From positions 12,561,910 to 12,625,704 of the forward strand of contig CM119266.1 in NCBI GenBank assembly GCA_051294375.1: a stretch of 63,795 nt of DNA. The letters are read 5' to 3'. Positions within the stretch are counted from its first letter, which is position 1. Each line of letters opens with the position of its first letter. The notes beneath the pieces were generated by a model. The model ran no database searches, was not told the DNA's origin, and saw only the letters and a list, made by a program, of their open reading frames with translations. Positions 1 to 13,986 of the stretch are shown here, piece after piece. The position numbers and the translations under genes were made by a program. Source of the DNA: Paraspadella gotoi. Its lineage: Eukaryota > Animalia > Chaetognatha.

Positions 1-1398
1 AAGGAAAGGCTTCGCTCGAATTCCCTCCCATTTTCTCTTCTCACAATAGTTTCGAGGGGGAAAATCCAACTCTCTTTCAAACCCTAGTCTTTCTTATGTC
101 CATCCCTTTTTCCTTGGTCTCATTTTGAACTCTTACCCTAACCTTTCCTCCATCCATACTCCCAAATGTTCACTCAATATCCCCTTCCTCTCAGAAACGT
201 AACGCTCTCAAGTACATAACTCAATACAATCCTATTCTTTATCTTTCCTTAACCTTCTTCCCGATTATCCCCTTAATATCGCTCATCCCATTATCTAACT
301 CCCCCNNNNNNNNNNNNNNNNNNNNNNNNNNNNNNNNNNNNNNNNNNNNNNNNNNNNNNNNNNNNNNNNNNNNNNNNNNNNNNNNNNNNNNNNNNNNNNN
401 NNNNNNNNNNNNNNNNNNNNNNNNNNNNNNNNNNNNNNNNNNNNNNNNNNNNNNNNNNNNNNNNNNNNNNNNNNNNNNNNNNNNNNNNNNNNNNNNNNNN
501 NNNNNNNNNNNNNGGGGGAATTTCAGTGATGAGCTCCGCCGACGGTGATTTTTTCCGGGCGGCGCTGGGGTTAGAATGACGAAGGAGCGCCGGAGTGACA
601 TAAACCCCGAAGTTGGATCGAACCTGCTTTTGTGATTGATTGTGAAAATTCGGGATTAAATCTCGGCGGAGGTGACGAGCGACGAAAACGACGACGAAAA
701 ACTGGGAAAAATAAGACGACGAATGACGACACGAAGAAAAAGATTCTGATTGTGAATAAATAATTTAAAATGCAATTTAGAAAAATATAATCAAGAAAAA
801 TGCAGAACATTGCTGTTTAATATCTACATTGTCAACAAAATACGAAAACGACGACCATGACGACAATAAGGACAACAACGACAACGACAACGACAACCAA
901 TCTCCGAGAATTGTTTGGATTTCGTCATTGGAATCTCCAAGGAAGGAAATAAAAGGCTCCGAAGAAAAAGGGAGGATTTTCTCCGACGACGAAGACGAAT
1001 TAGAATTTTCGAAAGAATCGCGCACAAACAAAACGTAATCATTTCCAAACAACGCGATCGAAAGGGGTAAAACCCCCAACCCTCTCTCCCCTCCATCCTC
1101 TTCCATGCCCCTGTTCCAACCCTATTCTCTGTTTGGGCCCCGTCGTTTCTGGATTTAGGGCCGAAGCACTCAAGATTTCGGCGCGAAATCCAGCTCGATT
1201 TCCTCGAGTCGACTTACTTTTCTTAAATTCCCGTCTTGGTATTTAGCGACTTACTTTTTCCTAACTTACTTTTGCGGAGAAGTTTCTTCGAGGTCGACAT
1301 TTATCGTCTTTGCGGATTTTTTTTTTTCTTTTTCGTTTGGCTGAAAATAAGCTTTAAATGTTAAATTCCGAAAGAGGAACATTAAAAATGGTTTCAAC

Positions 1399-1431
<33 letters not shown>

Positions 1432-2559
1432 CTCTGCGATCAACATGCGCTGACAACTCTCTTTTTCTTGTTCTCACTAAAGCGAGAACGACATTAGAAA
1501 ATAGACAAATCGTGGGAGAAATAACAAAAAAAANNNNNNNNNNNNNNNNNNNNNNNNNTTCTCTGCTTCGGGGGGAGGTAGGGGGTTTTTCTTGGGCGGG
1601 GGCGTCTCTTGGAGAGGCAGGGGAGCCTTCTGCTGACCGCATGCTTTCTTTTCTCTCCTTTTTCGACTCTGTTGATTATATTCTTCTTCTTCTGGTTTAG
1701 TTTTTTTTTTTCCTTTGACTGGGCCGACTCATGACCTTCCTCCAATTTTTCGGTTTGAGGAGAGTGAATTGCCGCTTCAGAGCAGAAAGAGAGAAAGCAA
1801 AAAGGTATACGATTTACAAGCCAGCTTGGGAGACGAGAGCCAATATTCGGAAAGAAATAAGAAGAGAATACAGAATACAGATAGATAATAGACAATAAGC
1901 AACGAGAACGCCGGAACAAAATAGGGAAGGCCTGACGAGATACACTTGCTGACTAAACAAGAAAATCCAAGTCGAAAGCAATGAGAGAAGAAGAGGAGAG
2001 GTCTTCAATCGAGAGAAAAGAGCAAAAAAGAAAAAAAGGAAACGGGTTAAAAAAAATAAGCGAAAAAAAAAGGCCAAAAAAAGGCTTGGGGCCGCGTTTC
2101 GGCTGTATGTTGACGCCGTCCTCAGCCCAATTCCATCCTACAAGAAAAAACCCCCGCGATTCTCCATTTTCGATCCCGAAGTTGAAAAAGCGGAAGGAAC
2201 AACGAGAAAAAATAACAATAGTCTGCCGAGATGCGGAATAAATAACAATTAAGAATTCTCCGCCCCGAGAAAAAGAGAAAACCTTTTTCGAGGCCGAGAC
2301 ATCTTCTCTGTGTAGAGTCACCGGGGAGAGGGGGTAGGGAAATGCGGCGGTCCTTAAGGAGAGAGAGAAGGAGATGAGAGAAGAGAGAGTTGACGTTGCG
2401 AGAAGAGATGATAGAGATGAGGAGAGACGGGAGAGAGAGGAGAAGAGAGAGAGAGAGATGAGAGAGAGAGTTTTGCATTAGAGCGAAAGAAACAGAGAAT
2501 GAGGGCAAAGAAAGAAAGAAAGAAAAAGGCAGAAAACAAACGACAAAACAAATGCTTAC

Positions 2560-2589
2560 CCATTCAAAACTTGCCTCGAACGCCGCCAT
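2560..2589 (-). CDS. Possible short first coding exon (MAAFEASFEW) of a leftward gene
   Basis: AGGATGGCGGCG start context followed by a consensus donor TGG|gtaagc (2559-2554). No downstream exon was identified. Confidence 0.2.
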
Positions 2590-2717
2590 CCTCCATGACC
2601 GAGATCTGAGTCAAACTCGCGTAATAAGCGAAGGCCAACCCAAACTGGCAGAGCCCTAAGCTAGCCTTCTCTCTCTCTCTCTCTCTCTCTCTTTTCTCTC
2701 TCTCTCTCTCTCCTCTT

Positions 2718-2764
<47 letters not shown>

Positions 2765-3466
2765 ATTTTTTCCTTTTATCTCTCTCTCTGCGTCGCTGTT
2801 TCATTCCCACGTCCATCTGCCGCCAGCCGGCGACTCAACAAAGATCAGCGAAAGAAAAAAACCCGAGAGGGAGTGAGTGAAGACTCATAATTGCCCTTCA
2901 CCACGCCCCATCACACCAATGTGCCCACCATTGACGGTTCCTTTCCTCGCAGATGCTCTCCCTTAATATCAAAATTCAAGACAATAAACAGAGACGTGCC
3001 CTACTTATTCTCCTTGGTCTCTGCTGGCCTCGCCCCTTTGAAAACATCCTTGAACCCTGAGCCTGTGAAACAACCGCGAAATCGATATCCTGTGTTTGGC
3101 ATCGTGATTTCGTGAAGTCTTTCACAAAGCGAAGCGTCTATCGTCTCTCCGTAACCGGACGTCCTCTTCACAATGCATCCGCGAATAACTTCTCTCTTTA
3201 TCTTTTATTTATCTTTCAACTGGGAGAATGAAATTTTGTCCTCAAATTACCACCCAAACGGATGGCATCTCTACCGAAGACTCTGACTCTTCCTCACCCT
3301 CACGCAAAGTTAACTCACCCTGAAACAAAGTCTACTTTCACGCACGCAGCTTCGCTCATTCCCCTGTCAACCCGGAAAAAAAGGCGCAGCCATTTTCCTA
3401 ACCCTGAAAGGCGACGGAGAGCGACGGGCAATTAGCGACTTGACATCTCGACGAGAAGGTTTCGGA

Positions 3467-3496
3467 GATGATGGTGATGATGATGATGATGGTGAA

Positions 3497-3560
<64 letters not shown>

Positions 3561-3572
3561 CTGATGATGATG
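3467..3572. repeat. (GAT)n microsatellite, slightly interrupted
   Basis: About 35 units. This is the source of the poly-His ORF on the minus strand. Confidence 0.95.
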
Positions 3573-3686
3573 CGGAGGAATAAAATAAGAAAGATAAGAA
3601 GTAGGATGAGTTGGAAAGTAAGGCGATTCGGTTAAAATGTCGGATGCTCTCGGAAAGTGGGATATGACGGTTTGACGACGGGAATC

Positions 3687-3738
<52 letters not shown>

Positions 3739-4100
3739 ACTCTCAATCTCTTTTTATCTAAGATCCCCCGACGCTTTTCCGAGATGGGAATCTCATTGCG
3801 AACACTTTCTTCCAATATACATACGAATGGGCGGGTTAACGAACGACGCTACAGCCGCTGGCCGAATAACCGAGAATAATTCCTTCTTTCTCTTTCGGAG
3901 CTGCCGCCGCTGGTTCAGCCCCAGCGGCTGCCGCGGCGCCGCTACCCTTAATTTAAATCATTTTCCGATGCGGCGAAACTTTTATTTAAAAAAAAAAACT
4001 GGAGGGATGAGGTCTAAGAGTGAGTAAATTATGCAAATGTAGCTTCCCAAAGATTCGAATAAAGACGACGAGGACGACGACGAAGGCGACAGAAAAGAAA

Positions 4101-4147
<47 letters not shown>
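4101..4147. repeat. (GAC)n microsatellite
   Basis: Perfect run. Similar runs lie at 23361-23390 and 23783-23818 and inside exons C and D. Confidence 0.95.
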
Positions 4148-4422
4148 CGGCTCATCACGAGGCGGGTCATGAACGATATTAAAAAAAAAGTTGGTTGTTG
4201 GACGGCGGTTGGCAAGAGAACTCACCCATCAGCCAACTCGACGGGTTGGGGACTGAGATGTCGACCAATCACGAGGCCCAAACACGACCAATCAACGAGC
4301 CGATAGTTTTAAACTATACCCCACTCTCTCTCCTTTCATTCACCCTACTCCCGTCCCAAGGAGAAACCCTTCAATCGCTCCAGCATCTGGACCGGAACCA
4401 GAAGCTCTAATATCGTACCCTA

Positions 4423-4488
<66 letters not shown>

Positions 4489-5352
4489 TCCTCCGTGGCT
4501 TATAATTCCTCTACGTGATAATATATCAAAAGTTAGAAATAAAGGAGGTCCAGCATCTCTTTCCTTTTTATTTTCTTCTCCTTTTTTTTTCTCCTTTTTT
4601 TCTCTTTTTTTCTTCTTTGTACAGAAGGAGGAGCACGGGAGGGAGTTTTTAGGTTTCAGTGGGTACAAGGTTTGTAGAACTCCCGGGGTATGGGGTCCCC
4701 TCAAGTAAAAAAGGGGTCCAAGGGGTGAGGGGGTCCCCGTCTGATTAAGAGTCCGCAGAGAGGGTGGGCCGTAGCGAAGTGACGAACCGTGCCATTGACT
4801 TTCATTCTTGGCATAAAAAACTCTCCTCGGCGACCCGTAGGGGGAAAGATGTTTAAAAATCCAATAGGAGGGAGGGGTAGATGTGAATGGGGAGGGGAGT
4901 GAAATGATTAAGGGGGCGGGGAGGTAAAATAAAGTGAGAAAATAAAAAAGAAGTTTATCCAGCGTCGAAGCCAAGAGAAGGAATAATTAAGAAAACCGCG
5001 CGATGCAATTAGTGCGGGAAAGGGTGGTTCGGGAGTTGAGGTTGGGTGGTTGAAGGGTGGTTTTTTTTTTTAAATTAATTTTAGTTGGAACGGATAAAAA
5101 CCTTTTCACTATAGTTTACAAAACTTGATAAACTTGTAAAAAAAAATATTCTAAATTGGTTTTCTTAGAATTAAGAATCACTAAATTTTTTCGCCTTCGT
5201 GAAATCAAAGGCAAAACTTTGGAATTCCGACGCAAGTGGGCGTTTCCTTCGTTACTAGCGTCGACGACGTAAAAGAGGGCAGTACACAGGAAAAACAAGG
5301 TCGACCTAGTTTACCCGGTTTTTTCAGGGTCGGCAGGTGAAAAAAAATGCAG

Positions 5353-5410
<58 letters not shown>

Positions 5411-6522
5411 GGAAAACTGAGAATGGATAATGAGGAAGAAATAAATAGGGAAAAGAGAGTGAGAGTCGGAAACGGACAGAGACGGAGTGCTCTTTCGTCA
5501 CTCGTATTTTGTCATCGTCGTCATCGGAGCGACGCCGTGTGAATTCACGGCTTTCACGCGAGTAAATGAGAGGCTCATCGCAAACAACTGTCAAGGTTTC
5601 ACCGATTTAATGAGTCACGACCGAGAGAACANNNNNNNNNNNNNNNNNNNNNNNNNCATCTGAGAACATATGCGGAGAGACAGAGAAGATCCTGAGTGAT
5701 GAGTTGAAGGTAGATAGGAAAATATTAAGGAGAGGAGAGAGGAGTGAGACTGATGAGACGGAGAGAGAGAGGAGAGAGACGCAAGAGACGAGAAGTAGAG
5801 ATGAAGAGGAGAGACGAGAGAGAAAGATTTTAAAAAAAAGTCATGATCAGCGTAATAAAACTAAAAAAAAAAAAAAACTTTCATCGGCGAACGCGCCATA
5901 AAAAAAATACATCCCCAGCTGGAGCGGAACACATCAAGGGAATTGACATTGAGGCGGGGAGCGGCGGGCGCGGCGACGAGCGGGCGCGTTGAGCGCGGTG
6001 GGCAGGCGACGAGCGGCTGGGGAAAGCGAGGCGGGCCCTTTGGAACAGGGGGGTGGCGCTCCCGCGGGCGCTGCTGCGGAATATTTAGTGCTCCGGCGGC
6101 TGTCGTGGGGAAACGCTTCCCGACTCGCGGAGTCAACTGCCGTTTAATAATGTACGACAATGTGCTTTAAGCGTCGGTTTTATGAGGCCGGAGGCTGCCT
6201 GAGATTGATCTCTTCATGGCCTGCTTCGCCCACACCCTTTGCCCGTCGCCGATTATATGAGCATTAGAGAGAGAATGAGAGAGAGAGAGAGAGAAGAGAA
6301 GAGATCGATGACTGCAGAGAGAGAGAATGAAGCAGACTGATATGACAGCGAAGGAGAGTGATGATCGATCTGAGAGAGAGACGCAACCATCGAGAGACGA
6401 GATGCGAGAGACGAAACGAACATAGGCTCGGATGTCCCTCACCGCCACCCTATGACTTGTGTGATCTTCTTGCTCATACTGCTTAACTGAATAATGTCCT
6501 AGTTACGTCCGGTTCGACTGCC

Positions 6523-6950
6523 TACTCGCGGCGGCCGGCCAAAGTGTATTGGCGATTCGAAAAATAGAACAAACCTTCGGGACATCTCTTGACTTCGTCC
6601 GATTAGCGACATGAATTCGGCGAACTGAAATTCAGCCGATCGGACTTATGCGCCTCTAGAATAGCATGAAAAGACGAGGCGGCAACAGTGAACAAAACAC
6701 ACACCGGGATTTCTATATTCTCTCCTCTTTTAAGAGAACGAACAACTCGATGTGTGTTGACTTTTTTTTAACTGAATTTATACTCGTTCGACGCCGGCGC
6801 GGCAAAGTTTATTGGCCCATTCGGAAATAGACTCGGGAATTGACTCGTCCGATTAGGAATGGAGTTCGGGAACTGAATTCAGCCGATCGGATATGGGCTC
6901 TAGAATAGATTGAAAAAAGAGGGGAGAAAAAAAACACCTGGATTTTATTG
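6523..6950. repeat. Short noisy tandem duplication (about 6523-6720 and about 6782-6950)
   Basis: Shared anchors tcgtccgattag, attcagccgatcgga and ctctagaatag. The first copy carries extra inserted bases. Confidence 0.75.
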
Positions 6951-8008
6951 TACGTAATAGTTTTCGGAGAAGAATTTATTTCGCTTCGAAATGTATTGGG
7001 TGAATAAAAAATGAGAATCTCACCAAAAGCGGTGATTACAAAAAGCAGTTTCGGAAATAAACCCAGACATATTCATTCCGTCACCAATCTTTTTGTCAAT
7101 TGTTTATTTAATAAGCAATTTTTTTCGGTTATTTGACAATTTAAATAAATTTATACAGTTATTCTAGGCCATTTTAGTTTTTTTTCGTAATAGGAAAATT
7201 GAAAAAAATTTAAAAAATTTGCAACGTTCCTAGAAAAACTGAAAAATATTTTGTCAAATCCAAAAAGTTTTTTTCAATCTTTTTCCACCAGTACATCTCG
7301 GGTTAGAGGTCGCCGACTTACGCCGACAGAAAGCGTAAGAAAAAGTCTTCCCAGCCAAGACCAAGTCCCAAAAAAAAGGAGTAAGAGGGTCGCGTTTAGT
7401 CACAGTCTGGCGACGACAACCGTAAAACTCTACTTTGAGACGCAGTAAAAATTCCGACGCCATCTCACGCGTCTCCTCGAGAAGCTTCCGCCTCCGCCTC
7501 GCCCTAGTTTAACGCCTCCGTCGCCTCTGGGCTTCTTTTATCTTCTTCTGGTCTCTTTAGTTTAAGTTCTTTGTCTCCTTCTTTGTCTTCCGTTTCTTCC
7601 CTTGTCTCCTTCTGGACTCTTTAGTTGTTCTTCTTTTCCTTCTACTACTTCTTTGTCCTTCTGTTCGTTTGTCTCCTTCTTTCATTTACTTCACTCTCTT
7701 CGTTTCTCCTTCCTTTGTTTCCTTTCCTTCTCTATTCCCTCTTTGTCTTTTCTATGTTTTCTTTTGTCTCCTCTGAGACTTTTTTCTTCTTCTTTATTTT
7801 TTCTTCTCCTTCTTTACCTATTTTTCTTTCATTCATTTATTTTCCTTTTAATATACTTTCTATCTTCCTCCTTTCCCTCCTCCTCCCTTCCTCCCACCGG
7901 AAAACATTGTTTTCCTTTCCTCGACAATCTCTTTATTCTTTATTCTCTTCTCCCACTCGATCATCCTCCTCCTTCCTCCTCGAATTCCCTCTCGAACCTC
8001 TCCTCAAT

Positions 8009-8038
8009 CATGCCCTTAACCATGCCCTTAACCATGCC
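8009..8038. repeat. 12-bp tandem repeat CATGCCCTTAAC x2.5
   Basis: Read directly from the sequence. Confidence 0.9.
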
Positions 8039-10704
8039 TTTCGGGCCAAAAGATTTCCTCTCCGCCCTCGCATCCCGCACTCCCGCTTCCTCGTCTTCCT
8101 TCTCCCTTTCCTCTCCCTCTCCCTCTCCACCTACCTCTCTTCTCAATGTAATCCTCCAAGTAAAAACTGGGTTAAGTCAACATCAGTACACCTCTCAATG
8201 GAAAAATGAAAAGTAGGGCGAGTCATCGGATCGGGGCCCCCGATTTTTACAATCTTTACTCTTACCCAGAGCCGCGTTTTATATTTTTTNNNNNNNNNNN
8301 NNNNNNNNNNNNNNNNNNNNNNNNNNNNNNNNNNNNNNNNNNNNNNNNNNNNNNNNNNNNNNNNNNNNNNNNNNNNNNNNNNNNNNNNNNNNNNNNNNNN
8401 NNNNNNNNNNNNNNNNNNNNNNNNNNNNNNNNNNNNNNNNNNNNNNNNNNNNNNNNNNNNNNNNNNNNNNNNNNNNNNNNNNNNNNNNNNNNNNNNNNNN
8501 NNNNNNNNNNNNNNNNNNNNNNNNNNNNNNNNNNNNNNNNNNNNNNNNNNNNNNNNNNNNNNNNNNNNNNNNNNNAGCGAGAGAGAGAGAAGGAAAAATA
8601 AAACCCTCTGAAAAATGAATGACTATTTTTCTTCGCAAACGAGGTTCTTCATTCTCTCATTTTTTTGTTGACGAATGGAACTTCAATATTTCATTCCGTT
8701 TTTTTCTTTTTTTTCTTTTGAAAATAGTTTTGTTTGTTTTCGATATGTTTCTCTAAATGACTTTATATTGATACTTTTGACTATTTTCCTTTCGTTCTTT
8801 CATTCTCGACTTTTCTTTTCTATTATCTTTTTTTCCCTTTTCCTCATGTTGAATGTTCAATAGTTTTCTTTTCTTTCTTTTGTTCCCTTCTTTTTTCCCC
8901 TTCCCAGCCCTCCTCTCCTCCCCTCTTTTTTTCCTTCCCCATCCCCAGGGGACGGGGATTAGTCGAACCCCGGGGATAAAAAGGAAAAAGGATTCTCCTC
9001 GATATTCGGAGAAACATTCGACGGAAAAGACGTCGAATCTTCTGGAATCTTTAAGCGGTGGAGGGGGGCGGAGAGAAAGAGGAAAGTTGGTATTTTTTTC
9101 CTCGGGAAAAGGAGGTGAGGTTAAAAACTTACTTTCTTTGGGTTAAGAAGGAAGAAAGGAAGATCTTAACTAATCCTTTCTTTTGCCCTCTCGTCCGTCC
9201 GAACGCGATACAAGGAAAAACATGATTCCCCTTCTTCGATTTCTCCCCGCGAGGTGGGGATCGGTGGGGATCAGCGGGGATCGGCGGGGATCAAAGGCAA
9301 AAGAGATCCCGCCGCGACGGCGATCGCCGATCGGTCTTTTCGCTTCCGACCCCGCCCTCTTTTCGATCGCGAGGGACAGCGGGAATTCTTTCTTTCTTTC
9401 TCTCTTTCTTTCTTTCTCTCGCTCGCCAGTTTCGGGTCCGCCCTTTCTCCTCGATCTTCCCCCCTACCCCCTCTTCCCCTTTCTACATACGCACGAACCA
9501 GCTGACGCAAAGTCCGACGATGACTACAACAACAATAACAACAACGACTAAAGAAGNNNNNNNNNNNNNNNNNNNNNNNNNNNNNNNNNNNNNNNNNNNN
9601 NNNNNNNNNNNNNNNNNNNNNNNNNNNNNNNNNNNNNNNNNNNNNNNNNNNNNNNNNNNNNNNNNNNNNNNNNNNNNNNNNNNNNNNNNNNNNNNNNNNN
9701 NNNNNNNNNNNNNNNNNNNNNNNNNNNNNNNNNNNNNNNNNNNNNNNNNNNNNNNNNNNNNNNNNNNNNNNNNNNNNNNNNNNNNNNNNNNNNNNNNNNN
9801 NNNNNNNNNNNNNNNNNNNNNNNNNNNNNNNNNNNNNNNNNNNNNNNNNNNNNNNNNNNNNNNNNNNNNNNNNNNNNNNNNNNNNNNNNNNNNNNNNNNN
9901 NNNNNNNNNNNNNNNNNNNNNNNNNNNNNNNNNNNNNNNNNNNNNNNNNNNNNNNNNNNNNNNNNNNNNNNNNNNNNNNNNNNNNNNNNNNNNNNNNNNN
10001 NNNNNNNNNNNNNNNNNNNNNNNNNNNNNNNNNNNNNNNNNNNNNNNNNNNNNNNNNNNNNNNCCGATCCCCATCGTCAATCAGCGCTTTCATCCCTTTT
10101 GCACCCCCGGATGTCGCTGCTTCAAGTGGATCCTTCATCCCCCGGATTTCCGCGTTTATCCTCCGCGGATGAAAATGGCCGTTATTTCTTCGAAGAAAAT
10201 GCCCCCTCCGATTTGTCAACGCTGCTTGTTAGCTTGCTCGCTTGCCGCCCTCTTGTAGCTGAATTTTTATGACTGGCGCCTTTTTTTTTTCTCCAACGTT
10301 GGCTGAAAGATTTTAGCTGGGGAAGTATTTGCAATTTTGCAGAGTGTTTTTTTCGAGTGTAGTAGTAGATTAATGTATACAGTAAACTAATTTTTGTGGT
10401 TTTTATACATTTATTTGCTAACTCCTTTTCTAAATCAAGAGCATTATAAGCGTTTTGTGGATTAGAGTTTCGCCGGAAGAGGCTCTCTCTCAACCAAAGA
10501 AAAAAAAATCTCAGTTTTCTCTCGTTTTTTTTCTTTTATTCTTTGTTTTTCTTATTATTAGTTTTACTTGTTTACTTTTCTCGAGGAAACTTTTATCGTC
10601 GCGCGTCCGTCTTTTGTTTTCTCTCTTATTATTTTTCTGCGTCTTGGCAAGTGATTATTTTTATGTCTCTTCGCCCGCACTATTATTCTCGCGATGAAGT
10701 CTCT

Positions 10705-10787
<83 letters not shown>

Positions 10788-11375
10788 ATTTTTCCTTCCA
10801 ATATATATGCTTAATCTCTTTATTTTTTTTCCCCTTTCATGTTCCTTCTTCCTTTTCTCATAATATGAAATATGATCTCATAAGTTATTCCAAATGCGAT
10901 TTTCGCAGCGCGTTGAATTTTCATTCAATGTTCAAAATACATCTGATTTTCAAGATCAAAACTTTTATTTCTCATATCAGAAATCTAAAAAATTGGTTTT
11001 TAATGAGGGAATTTCGTTTTTAATAAAAAAGACCTATTCAGGACACGACATCTCCATATTGAATGATGATGAGCTTTTGACGCGGTTTGACGACAAAATA
11101 GCGGGCGCTTGTGCGTTTTTAGAGGATGTCTAATTGTCTATGTGAAGCGCCCCTGAGGTTCTGCGGAGTGTCTGCCATGCACTTGAAAAGTCCTCAGAAC
11201 CCATTTGAGAAGATTGGCCAGTTGTACTCCAAATGTGACTGCTGCTATGTGCGCGAGCTCTTTAGGTCCTGTGAACATTCACTACGGAACAACTCCGTGA
11301 TCCCCTGAGAGAAAAAAAACAAGGGTGCGTCTCTCTCGACTCAAACGCGAGTTGAGTGTAATTCGATTTTTGGAA

Positions 11376-13242
11376 ACGACCTCGAAACGAAGGCGCGTCT
11401 CTCTCTCTCTCTCTCTCTCTCTNNNNNNNNNNNNNNNNNNNNNNNNNNNNNNNNNNNNNNNNNNNNNNNNNNNNNNNNNNNNNNNNNNNNNNNNNNNNNN
11501 NNNNNNNNNNNNNNNNNNNNNNNNNNNNNNNNNNNNNNNNNNNNNNNNNNNNNNNNNNNNNNNNNNNNNNNNNNNNNNNNNNNNNNNNNNNNNNNNNNNN
11601 NNNNNNNNNNNNNNNNNNNTTTTTCCCCTCAAGTTGTCTTGCTTTTCCCTGTATTTTCGTTTTACATTATTTATTATTCTTTTGTTGTTTACCTTCTTTC
11701 ACTTTTTCTTTCAATTTTATTTCACTTTGACATTTAGAAAGGAGAAAATAAAATGAACTCGATGATCGAAAGGTGAAGAGCGAAAGAGTTCGATGCCAAA
11801 AGAAACTTCTTCACTTTTTCCAAAGAATGAGAGAAAAAAAAAAGAAGAAATTCCTCACGTGGTTATTTTCACCTTCCACCCGTGAAGACGACGACGCCGC
11901 CTTATTAGAGAGGGAAAAAAAAGCATAGGGTTCGTAGGTGCCAAAGCTGGGACGAGAAGCGTCTTTCTCGGAGGCGGTAACGCTCGTCTAGACGGCTGCT
12001 TTATGCTAATGTAACGANNNNNNNNNNNNNNNNNNNNNNNNNNNNNNNNNNNNNNNNNNNNNNNNNNNNNNNNNNNNNNNNNNNNNNNNNNNNNNNNNNN
12101 NNNNNNNNNNNNNNNNNNNNNNNNNNNNNNNNNNNNNNNNNNNNNNNNNNNNNNNNNNNNNNNNNNNNNNNNNNNNNNNNNNNNNNNNNNNNNNNNNNNN
12201 NNNNNNNNNNAGAGAGAGAGAGAGAGAGAGAGTTAAATATTTCCCTATGGAACAAGAAGAAGACAGAAAATGAGCCTTGGACTCATCACTCTCGAAGAAT
12301 CGTTGAAATCGACGGGAAAAATGGTGGAGACTTTTTAGTTGCGCCGCGAGTACTCGCGAAGCAACTCTATAAGTCACTTTTCGGTCGGCCCGTCGGTCGA
12401 TTGGTATGTCCGTCTGTCGTTCTGTCTTACTTATGTTAAAAATTCATATAATTTTCTTATAGTTGTTTGTTTATTTGTTAAGACAGAAGAGAACCTCAAT
12501 TCTAAGGGACTGCTTGCGCCGCCTTCAGGAATTCCTTAAACTATCAAGAATAAAAGAAAGAATTTTGATGCAGTGCATGTCATATATACACAGGCAAAAC
12601 ATTTTTTATTCATGTCATGTCATGTTATATTATGTGATCAAAAGGAAAAAAGTCACTGCGGCGCAACACATTGGAATTACCGTTCTTGTTTTCTTTTCTT
12701 CGAAATTTTCTTCTTTTTATCAGCTTTTCTTTTTTTCCTTATTTTTTCTTTTTTCCTTTTTTTTCTCTTTTAATGAAGATAAAGCTATTTTTGAGTTTCC
12801 AGGGACTAAAACTGTTTAATAAGACGTTTTTCTTCTTCGATTGCGAATAATAGAGAACACAATTTTTTCCCATTTTTTTTTTTCTGACGGTAGAACTCGG
12901 AGAAAAAATGATCATTTTATTGACTTCATAAAAATTAATGGAATCATATAAAGTTTGTTATTTCAATTTAATGATGTGAAAATTATACTCAAAGTCTCGG
13001 TGCTTGTCGTTGTTGTTGTTGTTGTTGTTTCTTTCGGCCAATAAATTACCAGAACGAAGCGTTTGTCGATAACCGACAGTTGACGAGTTGACACCGCTTG
13101 ACAAATTCGTGTCAAGCGTTCTCCCAGCCGCGTTCTTCCAGCTTTCACGTTCTCGTTCTCCCCTCGATTAATCATTTACGCCAAGAACCGCGAGGCNNNN
13201 NNNNNNNNNNNNNNNNNNNNNACGATCTCGAAACGAAGGCGC

Positions 13243-13295
<53 letters not shown>

Positions 13296-13940
13296 CTCTC
13301 TCGTCTCTCTCTCTGTCTCTCTCTCTCTCTCTCTCGCTCTCCTCTCTCTCTCTCTCTTCTTCCGAGCGCGCGAGAGATTCGAATGATTCTTCGGCCAAAA
13401 GAAAAAAAAAACATAAAGAAAATATTTTAAAGTGCTGGAGATTATGAATTACTACTTTTTCCCTCAAGTTGTCTTGCTTTTTCCCTGTATTTCGTTTTAC
13501 ATTATTTATATTCTTTTGTTGTTTACCTTCTTTCACTTTTTTCTTTCATTTTTATTTCACTTGACATTTAGAAAGAAGAAAATAAAATGAACTCGATGAT
13601 CGAAAGGTGAAGAGCGAAAAGAGTTCGATAGCCAAAAGAAACTTCTTCACTTTTTTCCAAAGAATGAGAGAAAAAAAAAAGAAGAAATTCCTCACGTGGT
13701 TATTTTTCACCTTCCACCGTGAAGACGACGACGCCGCCTTATTAGAGAGGGAAAAAAAGCATAGGGTTCGTAGGTGCCAAAAGCTGGGACGAGAAGCGTC
13801 TTTCTCGGAGGCGGGTAACGCTCGTCTAGACAGGCTGCTTTATGCTAATAGTAACGAATTCTGGTCGTTAAACGCTAGAATATACTACAATAGTGGGCAG
13901 GGGAACGGGGAAAAAAAAAAATCCTGGGTCGATAATGATC

Positions 13941-13986
<46 letters not shown>

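Noticed and set aside
3432-3815. Poly-His / ER-repeat protein
   Set aside because: It is a translation of (GAT)n and (CT)n microsatellites with no splice or domain support.
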